A stretch of DNA of 64,000 nucleotides from an uncultured Verrucomicrobiae bacterium (GTDB lineage: Bacteria; Verrucomicrobiota; Verrucomicrobiia; Chthoniobacterales; Terrimicrobiaceae). Position numbers and translations under genes: made by a program. This document shows, in pieces, positions 49,690 through 59,874 of this stretch (position 1 is the first letter of the stretch; each line of letters begins with the position of its first letter). Where the stretch lies: assembly GCA_963706955.1 (NCBI GenBank), contig CAVPOC010000009.1, positions 32,001 through 96,000 of the forward strand, written 5' to 3'. The notes beneath the pieces were generated by a model. It ran no database searches. It was not told where the DNA came from and saw only the letters and a list, made by a program, of their open reading frames with translations.

Positions 49690-50252
49690 CTAAAATTGAG
49701 AAAGTTTCTCAGGAGATTTTTCCCTTCAGAGGTAAGGATTGATTCCGGATGAAATTGGACACCGAAGACCGGGTGCTCGACATGCGCCAAACCCATGATC
49801 TCGTCCTCCTCAGTCCATGCAGTGATCTTCAAGCACTCGGGAAGGCTGTGTCGGCGCACCACCAGGGAATGGTAGCGGGTCGCTTCAAACGGCTTGGGTA
49901 ATCCGGAAAAGACGTTCTCACCATCATGGTAGATTTTTGACGTTTTGCCATGCATGAGGCGATCGGCCCGCACAATCTCACCACCATAAACCTGACCGAT
50001 GCTCTGATGGCCGAGACAGACGCCCAATGTGGGTCTGGTTGATCCGAATCGGGCGATCACATCACAGCTGATCCCGGCTTCGTTCGGCGTGCACGGTCCC
50101 GGGGAGACGACGATCCTCTCGGGGTTCATCTCCTCAATTTGATCGAGTGTCACTTGATCATTTCTGTAAACGACAACCTCGGTGCCAAGTTCGCCAAAGT
50201 ATTGAACGAGGTTATAGGTGAACGAATCGTAGTTATCGATGACAAGAAGCAT
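49686..50252 (-). CDS. trpG: Anthranilate/aminodeoxychorismate synthase glutamine amidotransferase
   Basis: [33 protein letters not shown]. Confidence 0.95.
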   Translation of the reverse strand: MLLVIDNYDSFTYNLVQYFGELGTEVVVYRNDQVTLDQIEEMNPERIVVSPGPCTPNEAGISCDVIARFGSTRPTLGVCLGHQSIGQVYGGEIVRADRLMHGKTSKIYHDGENVFSGLPKPFEATRYHSLVVRRHSLPECLKITAWTEEDEIMGLAHVEHPVFGVQFHPESILTSEGKNLLRNFLNFR

Positions 50253-50253
50253 T

Positions 50254-51741
50254 CTAAGACTTTCGGGCACGATCAATGGCTCGCATCGCGGCCATCGCTT
50301 TGTTCAAGCTTTCCTGATATTCGCCCTCAGGCGTTGAGTCCGCAACCACTCCCCCGCCAGCCTGAATATACGCCTTTCCGCTCTTCAGCAGAACGGTCCG
50401 CAGGGCGATGCACGAATCGAGATTTCCATCGAAGCCAAAATAGCCGACCGCTCCCGCATACGTGCAGCGTTTGCTCTTTTCGAGCTCGTTGATGATTTGC
50501 ATGGCTCGGACTTTCGGTGATCCGGAAACTGTTCCGGCAGGGAACGTCGCTCGCATCACATCATAAGCAGTCCGGCCGCCCGAGAGCTTTCCAGAAACAT
50601 GGGAGACAATGTGCATCACGTGGCTGTATCGCTCAATCGTCATGAAATCTGTCACTTTCACGCTGCCGTAGTCAGCGATACGACCGACATCGTTGCGCGC
50701 CAGATCGACCAGCATCAGATGCTCGGCCCGTTCCTTCGGATCCGCGAGCAAGTCGGCGGCGTTGGCCTCATCTTCTTGCGTGGTCAACCCGCGCTTGCGA
50801 GTGCCGGCGATCGGGCGAATCTCCACGAGATCGCCCGTCAGGCGCACGTGCACCTCGGGCGAGCTTCCCACCAGCGAATACCCTTCCGGAAAGCGCAGGC
50901 AAAACATGTAGGGCGACGGGTTGATAAACCGTAATGTCCGGTAAAGATCAAGCGCGTCCCCGGCGAACTCGGTCTCGAATCGCTGTGCGGGGACCATTTG
51001 AAAAATGTCCCCGGCGCGAATGTACTCTCGAGCGCGACTGACCATCTGGTGGTATTCCTCGCGGGTCGTGTTGCTCGCGGCCTTACCGCGGGGAGGCTCG
51101 CTCTGTGTGAAAATCGGCACGAAAGCAATTGGACGCGCCAGCTTGTCGAGGATCGCCTCGATTTCGCGGCTCGCCTCATCGTAGGCCGCCGCCCACCCGG
51201 CTGAATCAACGAACGCGTTCGCAACTATTTTCAATCTGCGGCGACGATGATCGAAAATCACAACCGTTCCCGTCACGAGAAAGAACATGTCGGGGATGCC
51301 CAGATCGTCATTCCGCGGCGGCGCAACGGTCGGCTCGAACCACCGGACGCAGTCATATCCGAGATAACCGACCGCACCTCCATAAAATCCCGGAAGATTT
51401 TCCGCCGGCGCAATGCGATAGCTCCGCATGATCTTTTCCAGCTCATCGAGCGGATCGCGTGCGGCTTCGAAGCTCTGAACTTGACCATTCTGGGTTACAG
51501 TGACGGTCTTGTTTCGCGCCGAGATCATGATTCTAGCACCAGCGCCAAGAAACGAATGCCGGCCGACCTGATCAGTTTGCTCCGCGGATTCCAGCAGAAA
51601 GGAAGGCGCATCTCCTCCGATCTTCGCGAAGGTGGAAATGGGGGTATCCCCATCCGCGACAATTTCCGTCCAAATCGGAACCACGTTGGCGGTCGCCGCC
51701 TGCTCCGCGAAGACAGAGCGGGACGGGCTCAACGGAATCAT
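50254..51741 (-). CDS. trpE: Anthranilate synthase component I
   Basis: [36 protein letters not shown]. Confidence 0.95.
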   Translation of the reverse strand: MIPLSPSRSVFAEQAATANVVPIWTEIVADGDTPISTFAKIGGDAPSFLLESAEQTDQVGRHSFLGAGARIMISARNKTVTVTQNGQVQSFEAARDPLDELEKIMRSYRIAPAENLPGFYGGAVGYLGYDCVRWFEPTVAPPRNDDLGIPDMFFLVTGTVVIFDHRRRRLKIVANAFVDSAGWAAAYDEASREIEAILDKLARPIAFVPIFTQSEPPRGKAASNTTREEYHQMVSRAREYIRAGDIFQMVPAQRFETEFAGDALDLYRTLRFINPSPYMFCLRFPEGYSLVGSSPEVHVRLTGDLVEIRPIAGTRKRGLTTQEDEANAADLLADPKERAEHLMLVDLARNDVGRIADYGSVKVTDFMTIERYSHVMHIVSHVSGKLSGGRTAYDVMRATFPAGTVSGSPKVRAMQIINELEKSKRCTYAGAVGYFGFDGNLDSCIALRTVLLKSGKAYIQAGGGVVADSTPEGEYQESLNKAMAAMRAIDRARKS

Positions 51742-52340
51742 GTCAGCGAAACCTTCGAGCCGGCCTGTTCTGGGAGGGCCTCCATCTGGAAAAGTTCCGC
51801 CGCAGCGAACCCGAACATGCTCGCGACGATGTTCGCGGGAAAGACTTCGCGCCGGACGTTGTAAATCATGACGGCATCGTTATAGGCTTCACACGCGAAA
51901 GAAATCTTGTTCTCCAGCGCAGTTAACTCTTTGCCAATCCGGGACAGATTTGGATCTGCGTTGAGCCCGGGATCGGTTTCCGCCAAGGCAAAGAAGGACT
52001 CCAGTGCATCCTTCAATCTCGCCTCTGCGGCGATCAGACCCCTGATCGCTTGCGGATGACCAGGGTTTGCCGACGCCTTGGCCGCCGTCGAGTAGGCCGA
52101 ATTCCTGGCCGAAATGACCGCGTCGAGCGTTTCCCGGTCGTCCTCGAGGTAGTCCTTGGTGCGTTCGACCAGATTTACAATCAAGTCGTAACGCACCTTG
52201 AGTTGCCCATCGATTTGCGAAAAGCCGTTCTTGTAGCGGTTTCGAAGAGCCACCAGGGTATTGTATTGGCCAACGGCAAACAATGCGAAAAGTCCCAAGC
52301 CGCCCGCGCTCGCGACCAGGATAACCAATGCCATTCCCAT
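51738..52340 (-). CDS. lemA: LemA family protein
   Basis: N-terminal TM, YNTLV..RN, ENKISF...YND.V..YN...E.FP.NI.A. Confidence 0.88.
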   Translation of the reverse strand: MGMALVILVASAGGLGLFALFAVGQYNTLVALRNRYKNGFSQIDGQLKVRYDLIVNLVERTKDYLEDDRETLDAVISARNSAYSTAAKASANPGHPQAIRGLIAAEARLKDALESFFALAETDPGLNADPNLSRIGKELTALENKISFACEAYNDAVMIYNVRREVFPANIVASMFGFAAAELFQMEALPEQAGSKVSLT

Positions 52341-52500
52341 GATTAGAGAGTGCTCACCTTCTTTCTCCCGCGCAACCGAGAAATCCTTCTACGACTGGGA
52401 GCACGTTGTCTGACCTTCTCATCTTCATCTACAAGACGTGCCCTGGAATAAGCCAGCTGCCCCGCGAGTCTACCCTAAGGGCAATTTGCTCTGCGAGAGT

Positions 52501-52887
52501 TCAATAATGGATCAGTTCAATCCCGAAAGGCTGTAGAAAGTGATAAGCGGAAAACACGGCCGCGACCACGCCCAGCGAAATGAAGGCGTGGACGACAGTT
52601 TTGTTCCAAATCGAATACAACGAAAGCGCGAAAGAGAGTGACAAGAGCGCAAGTGGCGCCAGGTGCAATGCGGAAGCTAATAGAGGAATGTGGCGCAAAG
52701 CTCTCAAGAGCCACTCGTTCAACGGAACGGGAAGAAGCCTTACATAAATTCCGGGTGAGACGATCCACGTGCCAAAGGATTCATAATAGAAGCGCTCGGG
52801 ACCCTTCCAAAGAATATAGGTGAGAATCGCCATCGCTGTGAACGCGACCACTCCCCAAGGTTTAATCACCCTTTTCGCCAGACGCAT
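52501..52887 (-). CDS. Hypothetical small membrane protein (about 128 aa, about 3 TM)
   Basis: Hydrophobic helices; ATG at 52887 preferred over the upstream extension. Confidence 0.6.
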   Translation of the reverse strand: MRLAKRVIKPWGVVAFTAMAILTYILWKGPERFYYESFGTWIVSPGIYVRLLPVPLNEWLLRALRHIPLLASALHLAPLALLSLSFALSLYSIWNKTVVHAFISLGVVAAVFSAYHFLQPFGIELIHY

Positions 52888-52889
52888 GA

Positions 52890-53028
52890 ATACTACGGAT
52901 ACCTGCAATGCGCTGAGACCGCAACCGGTTTCCCGCTGGTCGCAGGCGGGGTCGTCTCGATGTCTCTGTCGGTGATGAACAAATCTCCCGACAGGTGCGC
53001 AAGATGGCTTCGATGCTTGCACACCTCT
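52890..53028 (-). ncRNA. Candidate structured 5' leader / cis-regulatory RNA
   Basis: Three consecutive stems with G-U pairs only on the minus strand, a GAAA tetraloop, and a TTGACC -35-like hexamer at about 53057-53062. Confidence 0.4.
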
Positions 53029-53113
53029 CGCGGAGACGCGCACTCCCCCCATCAAGGGTCAACGCCAAATCGACTGGGCCACGAGGCGCCGGTAATCCCA
53101 GCCAAAATTCGCG

Positions 53114-53629
53114 CTACTCTCTTGCGCGTAGTCTATGATTGGTTGTGACAGCGATCGGTGATCGCAGTGTCTGAAGAACTACGCAGTAGCGTTCCGTTAG
53201 TTCAATTAGCTTCGATACTGTCGTAGGATCTGCCGCGGTATCGATAAGAATGTGCAGGCGGATCGCCCGAAAGCCGACCGGAGCGTCTTGGGCAACGGCC
53301 AGAGTGCCGCGAAAATCGAGGTCGCCCTCGGCCAAAATTTTTGCCTCTCGCAGAGGGATCCCGAGGGAAGTGGCGACCGCTCGCAGCGTAACTCCGGCGC
53401 AGGCTACCAGCGCCTGGAGAAGCATGTCTCCCGAGCAGGCTTGCGAACCGTCTCCACCCGCCGCCTGATGCAGACCTGCGTCGACTAGAGCTCGGCCCAC
53501 CTCGAGCCTGCAGGAAACTCCTTCTGATGCCAAACCTTCGGCGTGGAGCGTGACGACAGCACTGCCGGGGTCGTCCCGGTATTTTGCTTTAAGCGGTGCT
53601 TGGAGAGCCTTCAAGCGTTCCTTATCCAT
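53114..53629 (-). CDS. OsmC/Ohr family protein
   Basis: CSGDMLLQALVACAG, EGDLDFRG, ERYCVV. Confidence 0.9.
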   Translation of the reverse strand: MDKERLKALQAPLKAKYRDDPGSAVVTLHAEGLASEGVSCRLEVGRALVDAGLHQAAGGDGSQACSGDMLLQALVACAGVTLRAVATSLGIPLREAKILAEGDLDFRGTLAVAQDAPVGFRAIRLHILIDTAADPTTVSKLIELTERYCVVLQTLRSPIAVTTNHRLRARE

Positions 53630-53646
53630 GTGCTAGGAAAGTGTGC

Positions 53647-54201
53647 CTAAAGTTTGCGTCCATAGAGAAAGCAGCTCTTCTCGTGATCATTGACTAGACC
53701 TGTGGCTTGCATGAAGGCGTAGCATATCGTCGTTCCAACAAACTTGAAACCGCGTCGCGAGAGATCCTTGCTCATGGCATCTGATTGTGAGGTCCGCGTC
53801 GGCAGTTCGCGCGATGAGCGAGTGTTCAGGATTGGGTGCCCGTTGACGAACCTCCAGATGTAGGCATTAAAACTGCCGAATTCTTCTTGCACCGTCAGGA
53901 ACGCACGAGCATTCGTAATCGCCGCCTTTATCTTGAGACGATTGCGAACGATTCCGGGGTTCGCGAGCAAACACTTCTCACGCGCACTGTCATAATGAGC
54001 GACAATCTGCGGATCGAAACTAGCAAACGCTTCGCGATAGTTTTGTCTCTTCTTCAAGATCGTTTCCCAGCTAAGCCCAGCCTGGGCTCCCTCGAGAATC
54101 AAAAATTCGAAAAGCATGCGGTCGTCGTGCTGTGGGCGGCCCCACTCCTGATCATGGTAGGCGATCATTAGCTGGGACTCCGCCCAACGGCACCGTTTCA
54201 T
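53647..54201 (-). CDS. tag: DNA-3-methyladenine glycosylase I
   Basis: RC.W, YHDQEWG, EGAQAGLSW, IVRNRLKI, GLVNDH...C. Confidence 0.96.
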   Translation of the reverse strand: MKRCRWAESQLMIAYHDQEWGRPQHDDRMLFEFLILEGAQAGLSWETILKKRQNYREAFASFDPQIVAHYDSAREKCLLANPGIVRNRLKIKAAITNARAFLTVQEEFGSFNAYIWRFVNGHPILNTRSSRELPTRTSQSDAMSKDLSRRGFKFVGTTICYAFMQATGLVNDHEKSCFLYGRKL

Positions 54202-54214
54202 CTGCCAGGGCTGA

Positions 54215-55945
54215 TCAGCTCGCCGAAACAAAGCGCAGGGCGGGCGATGTGATCGGCTGTTCCTGAGGGAACTCACTTAGCGAGAGTGAGCGGATAAGGT
54301 CCTTCGTCGCCGGAATGAGCGGAGGTGCGATGCTAAGTCCGCGGAATCCCAGTCGAAGAAGCGAAGGGATCGCCTCTTCGCGGCCGCCAAGTTCACCGCA
54401 AATGGTCACTGACTTGTCGCCGGCTTCTTGGATGATAATGCCAAGCAATCGTAATAGCGCCGGATGATCGTCAATGTAGTATTCGCTCACCGTGGCGTCA
54501 TCACGCCCTACTGCCAGTGTATATTGGGTGAGGTCGTTTGTTCCAATGCAGAGAAAATCCGCATGGCGCGCAATATCAGCCACCGTCAGGGCAGCCGAGG
54601 GCGTCTCGATCATCGCTCCAAGTGGCGGCAGGTTGTCGTGCCCCATCTCACGAGCGGTGGCTTCCAGAAGCTCTCGAATTTTGCACATGTCACGCTCGAG
54701 CGCGATCATCGGAACCAGGATGCGTATCGCCTGCTGTTGGGAGAGTTTCAAGAGAGCCCTAAGTTGCGTCTCCACCAACTGCGGAAAGGCTAGCAAAAGA
54801 CGCACGCCCCGCTTTCCCAACAACGGGTTCGGCTCCGGGCGCATCCGCAAGGAGGGGAGCGGCTTGTCGCCGCCCATGTCCAACAGACGGATCGTAACTG
54901 GTCGATCAGCGAGAGGTCCAAGCACAGTTTCAAGGTCGCTAAAAAGCTCCTCCTCCGTGGGGAGAAGCTCTCGCGCCATGTACAACTGCTCGATTCTAAA
55001 AAGGCCGACGCCATCGGCGCCGTTTTCGAGGACCATCTCGATATCGTCGTGAGCGCCGATGTTTGCCTCGACAGAGACAGCCTGTCCATCGAGAGTTATT
55101 GCCGGCGCCCGGCAGTCGCCCTTGGAGCGAGAAGAGCTTGCTCGATGACTCTCGAGGCGCTGCTCAAACGTCTGACGGGTCTCCTCGGTTGGAGAAATAA
55201 CCACAACCGCCGCAAACGCATCAACGAGCAGGATCTCCCCATTCTCGATTTGCCCGAGCAAATCAGGCAGTTCTGCGATGACCGGAATGCCCTTCTCCCG
55301 CGCCAGCAACGCGGCGTGCGAACCCTGGCCCAGCGACTCGACCAAAATTGCCGCCACATCGCGTCGGGAAAGCGAGACGACATCCGAAGGCAACAATCGC
55401 TGCGTGACAAGCACGCTGGCAGCCGGCATCGACGCAAGGCCGAAGACATCGACTCCCTCGAGTCGGCGCAGGACGCGGCGCGCCAAATCCAGAATGTCAT
55501 CCGCTCGCACACGAAAGGCCTCGCTTTCGAGGGCCGCGAATTTCCCTTCCCACCTGCGAAAAACGCTCCTGACAACCTGAGCTGCGGTAAAAAGCGAGGT
55601 GCGCAGTTCGGATTCGAATTCGTTGGACGATAGAAAGCTGTCCAGCATCATTTGGTGAGCATGGAAAATGTCTGCCAGTTTGGGATCGAACTGCTCACTG
55701 ATGCGCCGCGCGGATTCTTCGAGCTCCGTCCTCACGTCCAGGAATGCTCCGCGAATCCGATCCATTTCTGTCTCGATCTGCTCCGAATTGATCTTCAAGG
55801 CCTGCGCGCTGCATTCGAGAATGTCTCCTGCTACCCAGGCAGTCCCTATGGCAAGACCGGGGGAGATGCGGCTTCCAAGTAGACTTCTCTCTTCACGAGG
55901 TCGGTCTGGCAATTCGGTTGAACTGAGCGCTGATGGGGAGTCCAC
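54215..55945 (-). CDS. ptsI: Phosphoenolpyruvate-protein phosphotransferase (PTS Enzyme I)
   Basis: SHAALLAR phospho-His, GVGLFR.E, DMGGDK, MIETP, GTNDL, ICGE. Confidence 0.92.
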   Translation of the reverse strand: MDSPSALSSTELPDRPREERSLLGSRISPGLAIGTAWVAGDILECSAQALKINSEQIETEMDRIRGAFLDVRTELEESARRISEQFDPKLADIFHAHQMMLDSFLSSNEFESELRTSLFTAAQVVRSVFRRWEGKFAALESEAFRVRADDILDLARRVLRRLEGVDVFGLASMPAASVLVTQRLLPSDVVSLSRRDVAAILVESLGQGSHAALLAREKGIPVIAELPDLLGQIENGEILLVDAFAAVVVISPTEETRQTFEQRLESHRASSSRSKGDCRAPAITLDGQAVSVEANIGAHDDIEMVLENGADGVGLFRIEQLYMARELLPTEEELFSDLETVLGPLADRPVTIRLLDMGGDKPLPSLRMRPEPNPLLGKRGVRLLLAFPQLVETQLRALLKLSQQQAIRILVPMIALERDMCKIRELLEATAREMGHDNLPPLGAMIETPSAALTVADIARHADFLCIGTNDLTQYTLAVGRDDATVSEYYIDDHPALLRLLGIIIQEAGDKSVTICGELGGREEAIPSLLRLGFRGLSIAPPLIPATKDLIRSLSLSEFPQEQPITSPALRFVSAS

Positions 55946-56040
55946 TTGACAGAATCATCGCTCATTGCCACGTCGCAGGCAACTCTGGCCGAAGCCACTA
56001 ACGTCGCCAAACGTGAGGACTTGGAAAATCCTGCGTCGAG

Positions 56041-56496
56041 CTAGTAGTTCGGCCAAACCCCTGGCGTGAGCAACTCGAGAAGATGGCCGTCGGGATCCCG
56101 AAAATAGATGCTGGTGCCTCCATTCGGCCAGGTAAGACTGCTCTCGATGGGGATGTGCTTTTCCTCGAGTCGTGCCCTCCATGCAGACAAACTCGCCGCG
56201 GGAACGCCGAAACCGAGATGCGCCTGGCCGCTCGTGCCGTGGGCCGGAATTGTTCCGAAAGGCATGACCGTTCCCTCGGGATCGCTGCCACGAGCAAAGA
56301 GCAGCAGGACTTGGGAATTGCCAACCTTGAAGGCGCAGAAGCGCTCATCGGAGTTCATGACCGAATAGCCAAACAAGTCCGCGTAAAATACCATGGATCG
56401 ATTCAGGTCTTCCACGTGGAGACAAGTTTCCACGATCGTGCTCGGGAGGACGGATGTTGGTTGATCCGCTAAACTCGAGTCCTGGGTCATGTTCAT
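56041..56496 (-). CDS. VOC/glyoxalase family protein
   Basis: ETCLHV.DL, H..F.V, SIYFRDPDGHLLEL. Confidence 0.9.
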   Translation of the reverse strand: MNMTQDSSLADQPTSVLPSTIVETCLHVEDLNRSMVFYADLFGYSVMNSDERFCAFKVGNSQVLLLFARGSDPEGTVMPFGTIPAHGTSGQAHLGFGVPAASLSAWRARLEEKHIPIESSLTWPNGGTSIYFRDPDGHLLELLTPGVWPNY

Positions 56497-56591
56497 CCCC
56501 TACTCTTCTTTCGCCTTGCCCAAGAATCAACCGGCCTCGTCTGGAAAAGTTGAGCATGGACCTTTCCTAGCCGATTAGCGGCGGCGATGCC

Positions 56592-57026
56592 TTATCGTTT
56601 GAGACCCAGGAGGAAGATGCCAGCTGTCACCAAGAGAATGCCAATCCATTCTCGAGCGACGAGTCGCTCTCCCAGGAAGGCGAAAGCGAAAACTGCCACG
56701 AGGATTACACTAAGCTTATCAACTGCCGCGACCTTGGCTGTCGCACCGATTTGCAGCGCACGAAAATAGCAGACCCAGGAAGCCCCGGTCGCCACAGCAG
56801 ATAGAACAAGGAAAGTCCAGGTTTTCGCAGATAGCGCGAACGGGTTGCTCCACTTGCCCGTGAGTGAGACGAAAGCGGAAAGAAGCACGATGATGACGGC
56901 GGTGCGGATGAGAGTGGCAAGGTCCGAGTCGACTTCCCGAATCCCAATCTTCGCGAAGACCGCGGTCAGCGCGGCAAATACCGCCGAAAGGAGTGCCCAG
57001 AAAAACCAGTTCGCCGGATGAGGCAT
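56592..57026 (-). CDS. EamA/DMT family small transporter
   Basis: WALLSAVFAALTAVFAKIG, SWVCYFRAL, VDKLS, FLGE. Confidence 0.9.
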   Translation of the reverse strand: MPHPANWFFWALLSAVFAALTAVFAKIGIREVDSDLATLIRTAVIIVLLSAFVSLTGKWSNPFALSAKTWTFLVLSAVATGASWVCYFRALQIGATAKVAAVDKLSVILVAVFAFAFLGERLVAREWIGILLVTAGIFLLGLKR

Positions 57027-57104
57027 GGCATCCACTCTGACCCGAGACTCATCAGCGTCAAACAACATCGGAATCGCGAAGCGTCTAAGCGCATGCAGCA
57101 TCAA

Positions 57105-57414
57105 GAATTGTTCCAGTAGTCTTCACGGTGACGGCACGGTCATCGCGCTCTTCGATGGTGAAGCCCCCGACCTCGACGGCAAGCCCGCAACACTTACGGC
57201 TCGTCGAGATGAGCGGTTTCGTCAGCCGGGCGTTGAAAGGCTTGATAACCGTACCGTGGAACTCGTCGCGCCTGTTGTCGGTCTTCGCGAACCAAGGAGC
57301 TGCGTGATCGTCCAGGAGGCGTCGGGCGTCAGCAGGCGAAGGGCCTCCGGTGCACCACGCCAGGCATCGAATGCGGCCTGAACGGCGGCTTTGCTTTTCG
57401 CCTGCGGTCTCCAT
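57105..57414. pseudogene. Degenerate NTF2/SnoaL-like gene with frameshifts and an inverted internal segment
   Basis: Minus strand: KAAVQAAFDAWR, LLTPDASWTIT, RDEF.GTVIKPFNARL..PL in different frames. Plus strand 57121-57198: LHGDGTVIALFDGEA..DGKP..NTY. Confidence 0.7.
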
Positions 57415-57513
57415 CTCGCGGCGGACAATTGTTCGAACCCGGCAAACGCGAGAAACCGCAGAGCAGGACTTGGAGATGGAGATTATCGGATGGAGGGACA
57501 AAGATCTTCGCGA

Positions 57514-58368
57514 TCAATGGACGGCCACGTCGTCATGATCGGTGCTCGTGATGACATCGTGCCATTCGGCGATTTCCTTTTCGAAGGCCTCGGTCTTCTC
57601 GCGATAGTGCTTGAGCGTGTCGTTGCCCAGCGGAAGGTGCACGGGAGGCTTAGGCGAGGCCGCGAGCCGAACGATGGCGGCAGCCAGCTTAACCGGATCA
57701 CCCGGCTGGTTGTAGCTGACCTTGGCGGCATTTTCGCGCATGGCACCGGCGGTTTCCGCGTAGTCTGTGATGACCTTTTCCGCGCGGACAAGGGAAGCGC
57801 CGTCGAGAAAGTTGGTCCGGAAATAGCCGGGTTCGACCGTCGTCGCAAAGATGCCAAGCGGGGCCAGTTCCTTAGCTAGAGCTTCGGTAATGCCTTCGAC
57901 GGCGAACTTTGTGGAGCAGTAGATTCCCCAACCCGCCGAGCCGGTGAGGCCGCCAACCGACGAAAAGTTAATGACGTGGCCGGAGCGCTGGCGGCGCATG
58001 TGGGGCAGAACCGCGCGTGTGACCTTCAGCAGACCGAAGACATTGGTTTCATAAACGCGCCGCGCTTCTTGGTCGCTGATCTCCTCCACGCCGCCGAGAA
58101 GGCCGAAGCCGGCGTTGTTGGCCAGCACGTCGATGGAGCCGAATTTTGCCACAGTTTCGCCCGCGACTTGCATGCCTTGGAGTTCGTCATTGATGTCCAG
58201 GATGGCGACGTGGACGTTCGGATGATGGTCGAGTTTGGCGGCGAGATCCTCCGGATTGCTTCGCACTGTGCCAACGACCTTGTCGCCGCTGGCGAGGACG
58301 GCCTTGCTGATTTCTAGTCCGAAGCCGCGTGAGGCTCCGGTGATAATCCATGTTTTCGTCTTTTTCAT
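57514..58368 (-). CDS. Short-chain dehydrogenase/reductase
   Basis: TGASRGFG, NNAG, SS, YCSTK, EPGYFRT. Confidence 0.95.
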   Translation of the reverse strand: MKKTKTWIITGASRGFGLEISKAVLASGDKVVGTVRSNPEDLAAKLDHHPNVHVAILDINDELQGMQVAGETVAKFGSIDVLANNAGFGLLGGVEEISDQEARRVYETNVFGLLKVTRAVLPHMRRQRSGHVINFSSVGGLTGSAGWGIYCSTKFAVEGITEALAKELAPLGIFATTVEPGYFRTNFLDGASLVRAEKVITDYAETAGAMRENAAKVSYNQPGDPVKLAAAIVRLAASPKPPVHLPLGNDTLKHYREKTEAFEKEIAEWHDVITSTDHDDVAVH

Positions 58369-58530
58369 ACGTTGCTTGTGGCGGTCGTTAAGGCGTTTAG
58401 CGAGCCATTTGGCACCGCCTGTCGCACGCCTGACGCGCTAACTTAAAAAGGTTAGACTTAGCGAAGGCATCCTCAGGGGCGCGCTCCGACTTTTAGCTTT
58501 TGGATACCGGTCGCATAGTCAGATGCTGCC

Positions 58531-59874
58531 TCATTTGCTTAGCGAGTTCTTGTAGATCTGGCCATCCTTCATGATGACGAGGAAGTTCTTGTCCGGGTCT
58601 TCGATTAGCTTGATGTTGGCGATCGGGTCGCCATCTACGAGCAGAAGGTCGGCGAGGGCGCCCTCCTCGACCACGCCCAGCTTGCCGGGGTATGGATTGC
58701 GCTTCCCGGACAGTGCAAGCAGTTGGGCGTTGGTTCCGGTCGCCATGACGAGCGCTTCGGCTGGGGTGAACCACTGGACCAGCTTCGCCAGCAGCTCGCC
58801 TTGGCGCTGCGCCAGTTGCTCGGAGAACAAGATATCGGTGCCGAAGGCCGTCTTGAGCTTATACTTCTTCGCCAGCGAAAAGGTTCTGTCGGTGCCAGCG
58901 AACACCTCCAATGCCTTGGCCCGCTCGGTCGAGCCAGGCGGAAACGCGTCGGCCATTTCGTCGGAAAACGCCTGAGTGCTCAGCCAGATTTCCTTCTCGG
59001 CGATCAACCTGGCCGTGGGTTCGTCCATGAGGTGGCCGTGTTCGATGCACTTTACGCCGGCGTCGATTGCCCGCCGGATCGAAGCGGGCGTATAGGCATG
59101 CACGGTCACATACGTGCCCCAGTTCTCGGCAGCCTCAACAGCCGCGCGCAACTCGGCTTCGGTGAAGGTGGACGCATCGAGCGGGCTGTGCGGCGACGCG
59201 ACACCTCCCCCTGCTGTCAGCTTGATCTGCGAGGCGCCCAGCATGAGCTGCTCGCGCACGCGGACGCGCACCTCGTCCGGACTATCTGCGATCATCGCAG
59301 CACCGAGCTGTTCGCCGCGCGATAGCGGGGCACCGAGGGTGCGCGGGACTTCGAACGGCTGCCGGAAGTCGCCGTGGCCACTGGTGATGGTGATTATGGC
59401 GCCGGCTGGATAGATGCGCGGGCCGGGGACGATGCCTTCGTCGATGGCACGCTTGAGTCCGAACGCCGGCCCGCCCAGATCGCGAACGGTTGTGAATCCG
59501 CGCATCAGCGTGGCCGTCGCCTCGGCGCCTGCCACGAGGTTGAGGTGGCCGATGTCGCCGGCGAGCAGCGCTGCAGGTGTCGGCCGCACCAGCATCGTGT
59601 GCCAGTGCACGTCGATCAGCCCGGGCATCAGCGTTCGTCCGCTACCGTCGATGAGCACGGTGCTGGCGCTTCCATCAGTTGGGATCGGATCCGCGGAAAT
59701 GCGCTCGATCTTGTTGCCGCGCACCAGGACGTTTTGCGGTTCCGAAAGAAAGCCGCTCTTGCCGTCGAAGATTCGGACATTCTGAAACAGCGTTGCGCCC
59801 GGTGGTGCCGTTTGTGCATGGAGCGAGGCGGTGAGTGCCCAAAGCACGACAAGGACGATCGACCTGATGATCAC
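58531..59874 (-). CDS. Secreted metal-dependent amidohydrolase (Xaa-Pro dipeptidase-like)
   Basis: Signal peptide; PGLIDVHWH, GFTTVRDLGG, IEHG, FGTD, ADLLLVDGDP. GTG start chosen. Confidence 0.9.
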   Translation of the reverse strand: MIIRSIVLVVLWALTASLHAQTAPPGATLFQNVRIFDGKSGFLSEPQNVLVRGNKIERISADPIPTDGSASTVLIDGSGRTLMPGLIDVHWHTMLVRPTPAALLAGDIGHLNLVAGAEATATLMRGFTTVRDLGGPAFGLKRAIDEGIVPGPRIYPAGAIITITSGHGDFRQPFEVPRTLGAPLSRGEQLGAAMIADSPDEVRVRVREQLMLGASQIKLTAGGGVASPHSPLDASTFTEAELRAAVEAAENWGTYVTVHAYTPASIRRAIDAGVKCIEHGHLMDEPTARLIAEKEIWLSTQAFSDEMADAFPPGSTERAKALEVFAGTDRTFSLAKKYKLKTAFGTDILFSEQLAQRQGELLAKLVQWFTPAEALVMATGTNAQLLALSGKRNPYPGKLGVVEEGALADLLLVDGDPIANIKLIEDPDKNFLVIMKDGQIYKNSLSK

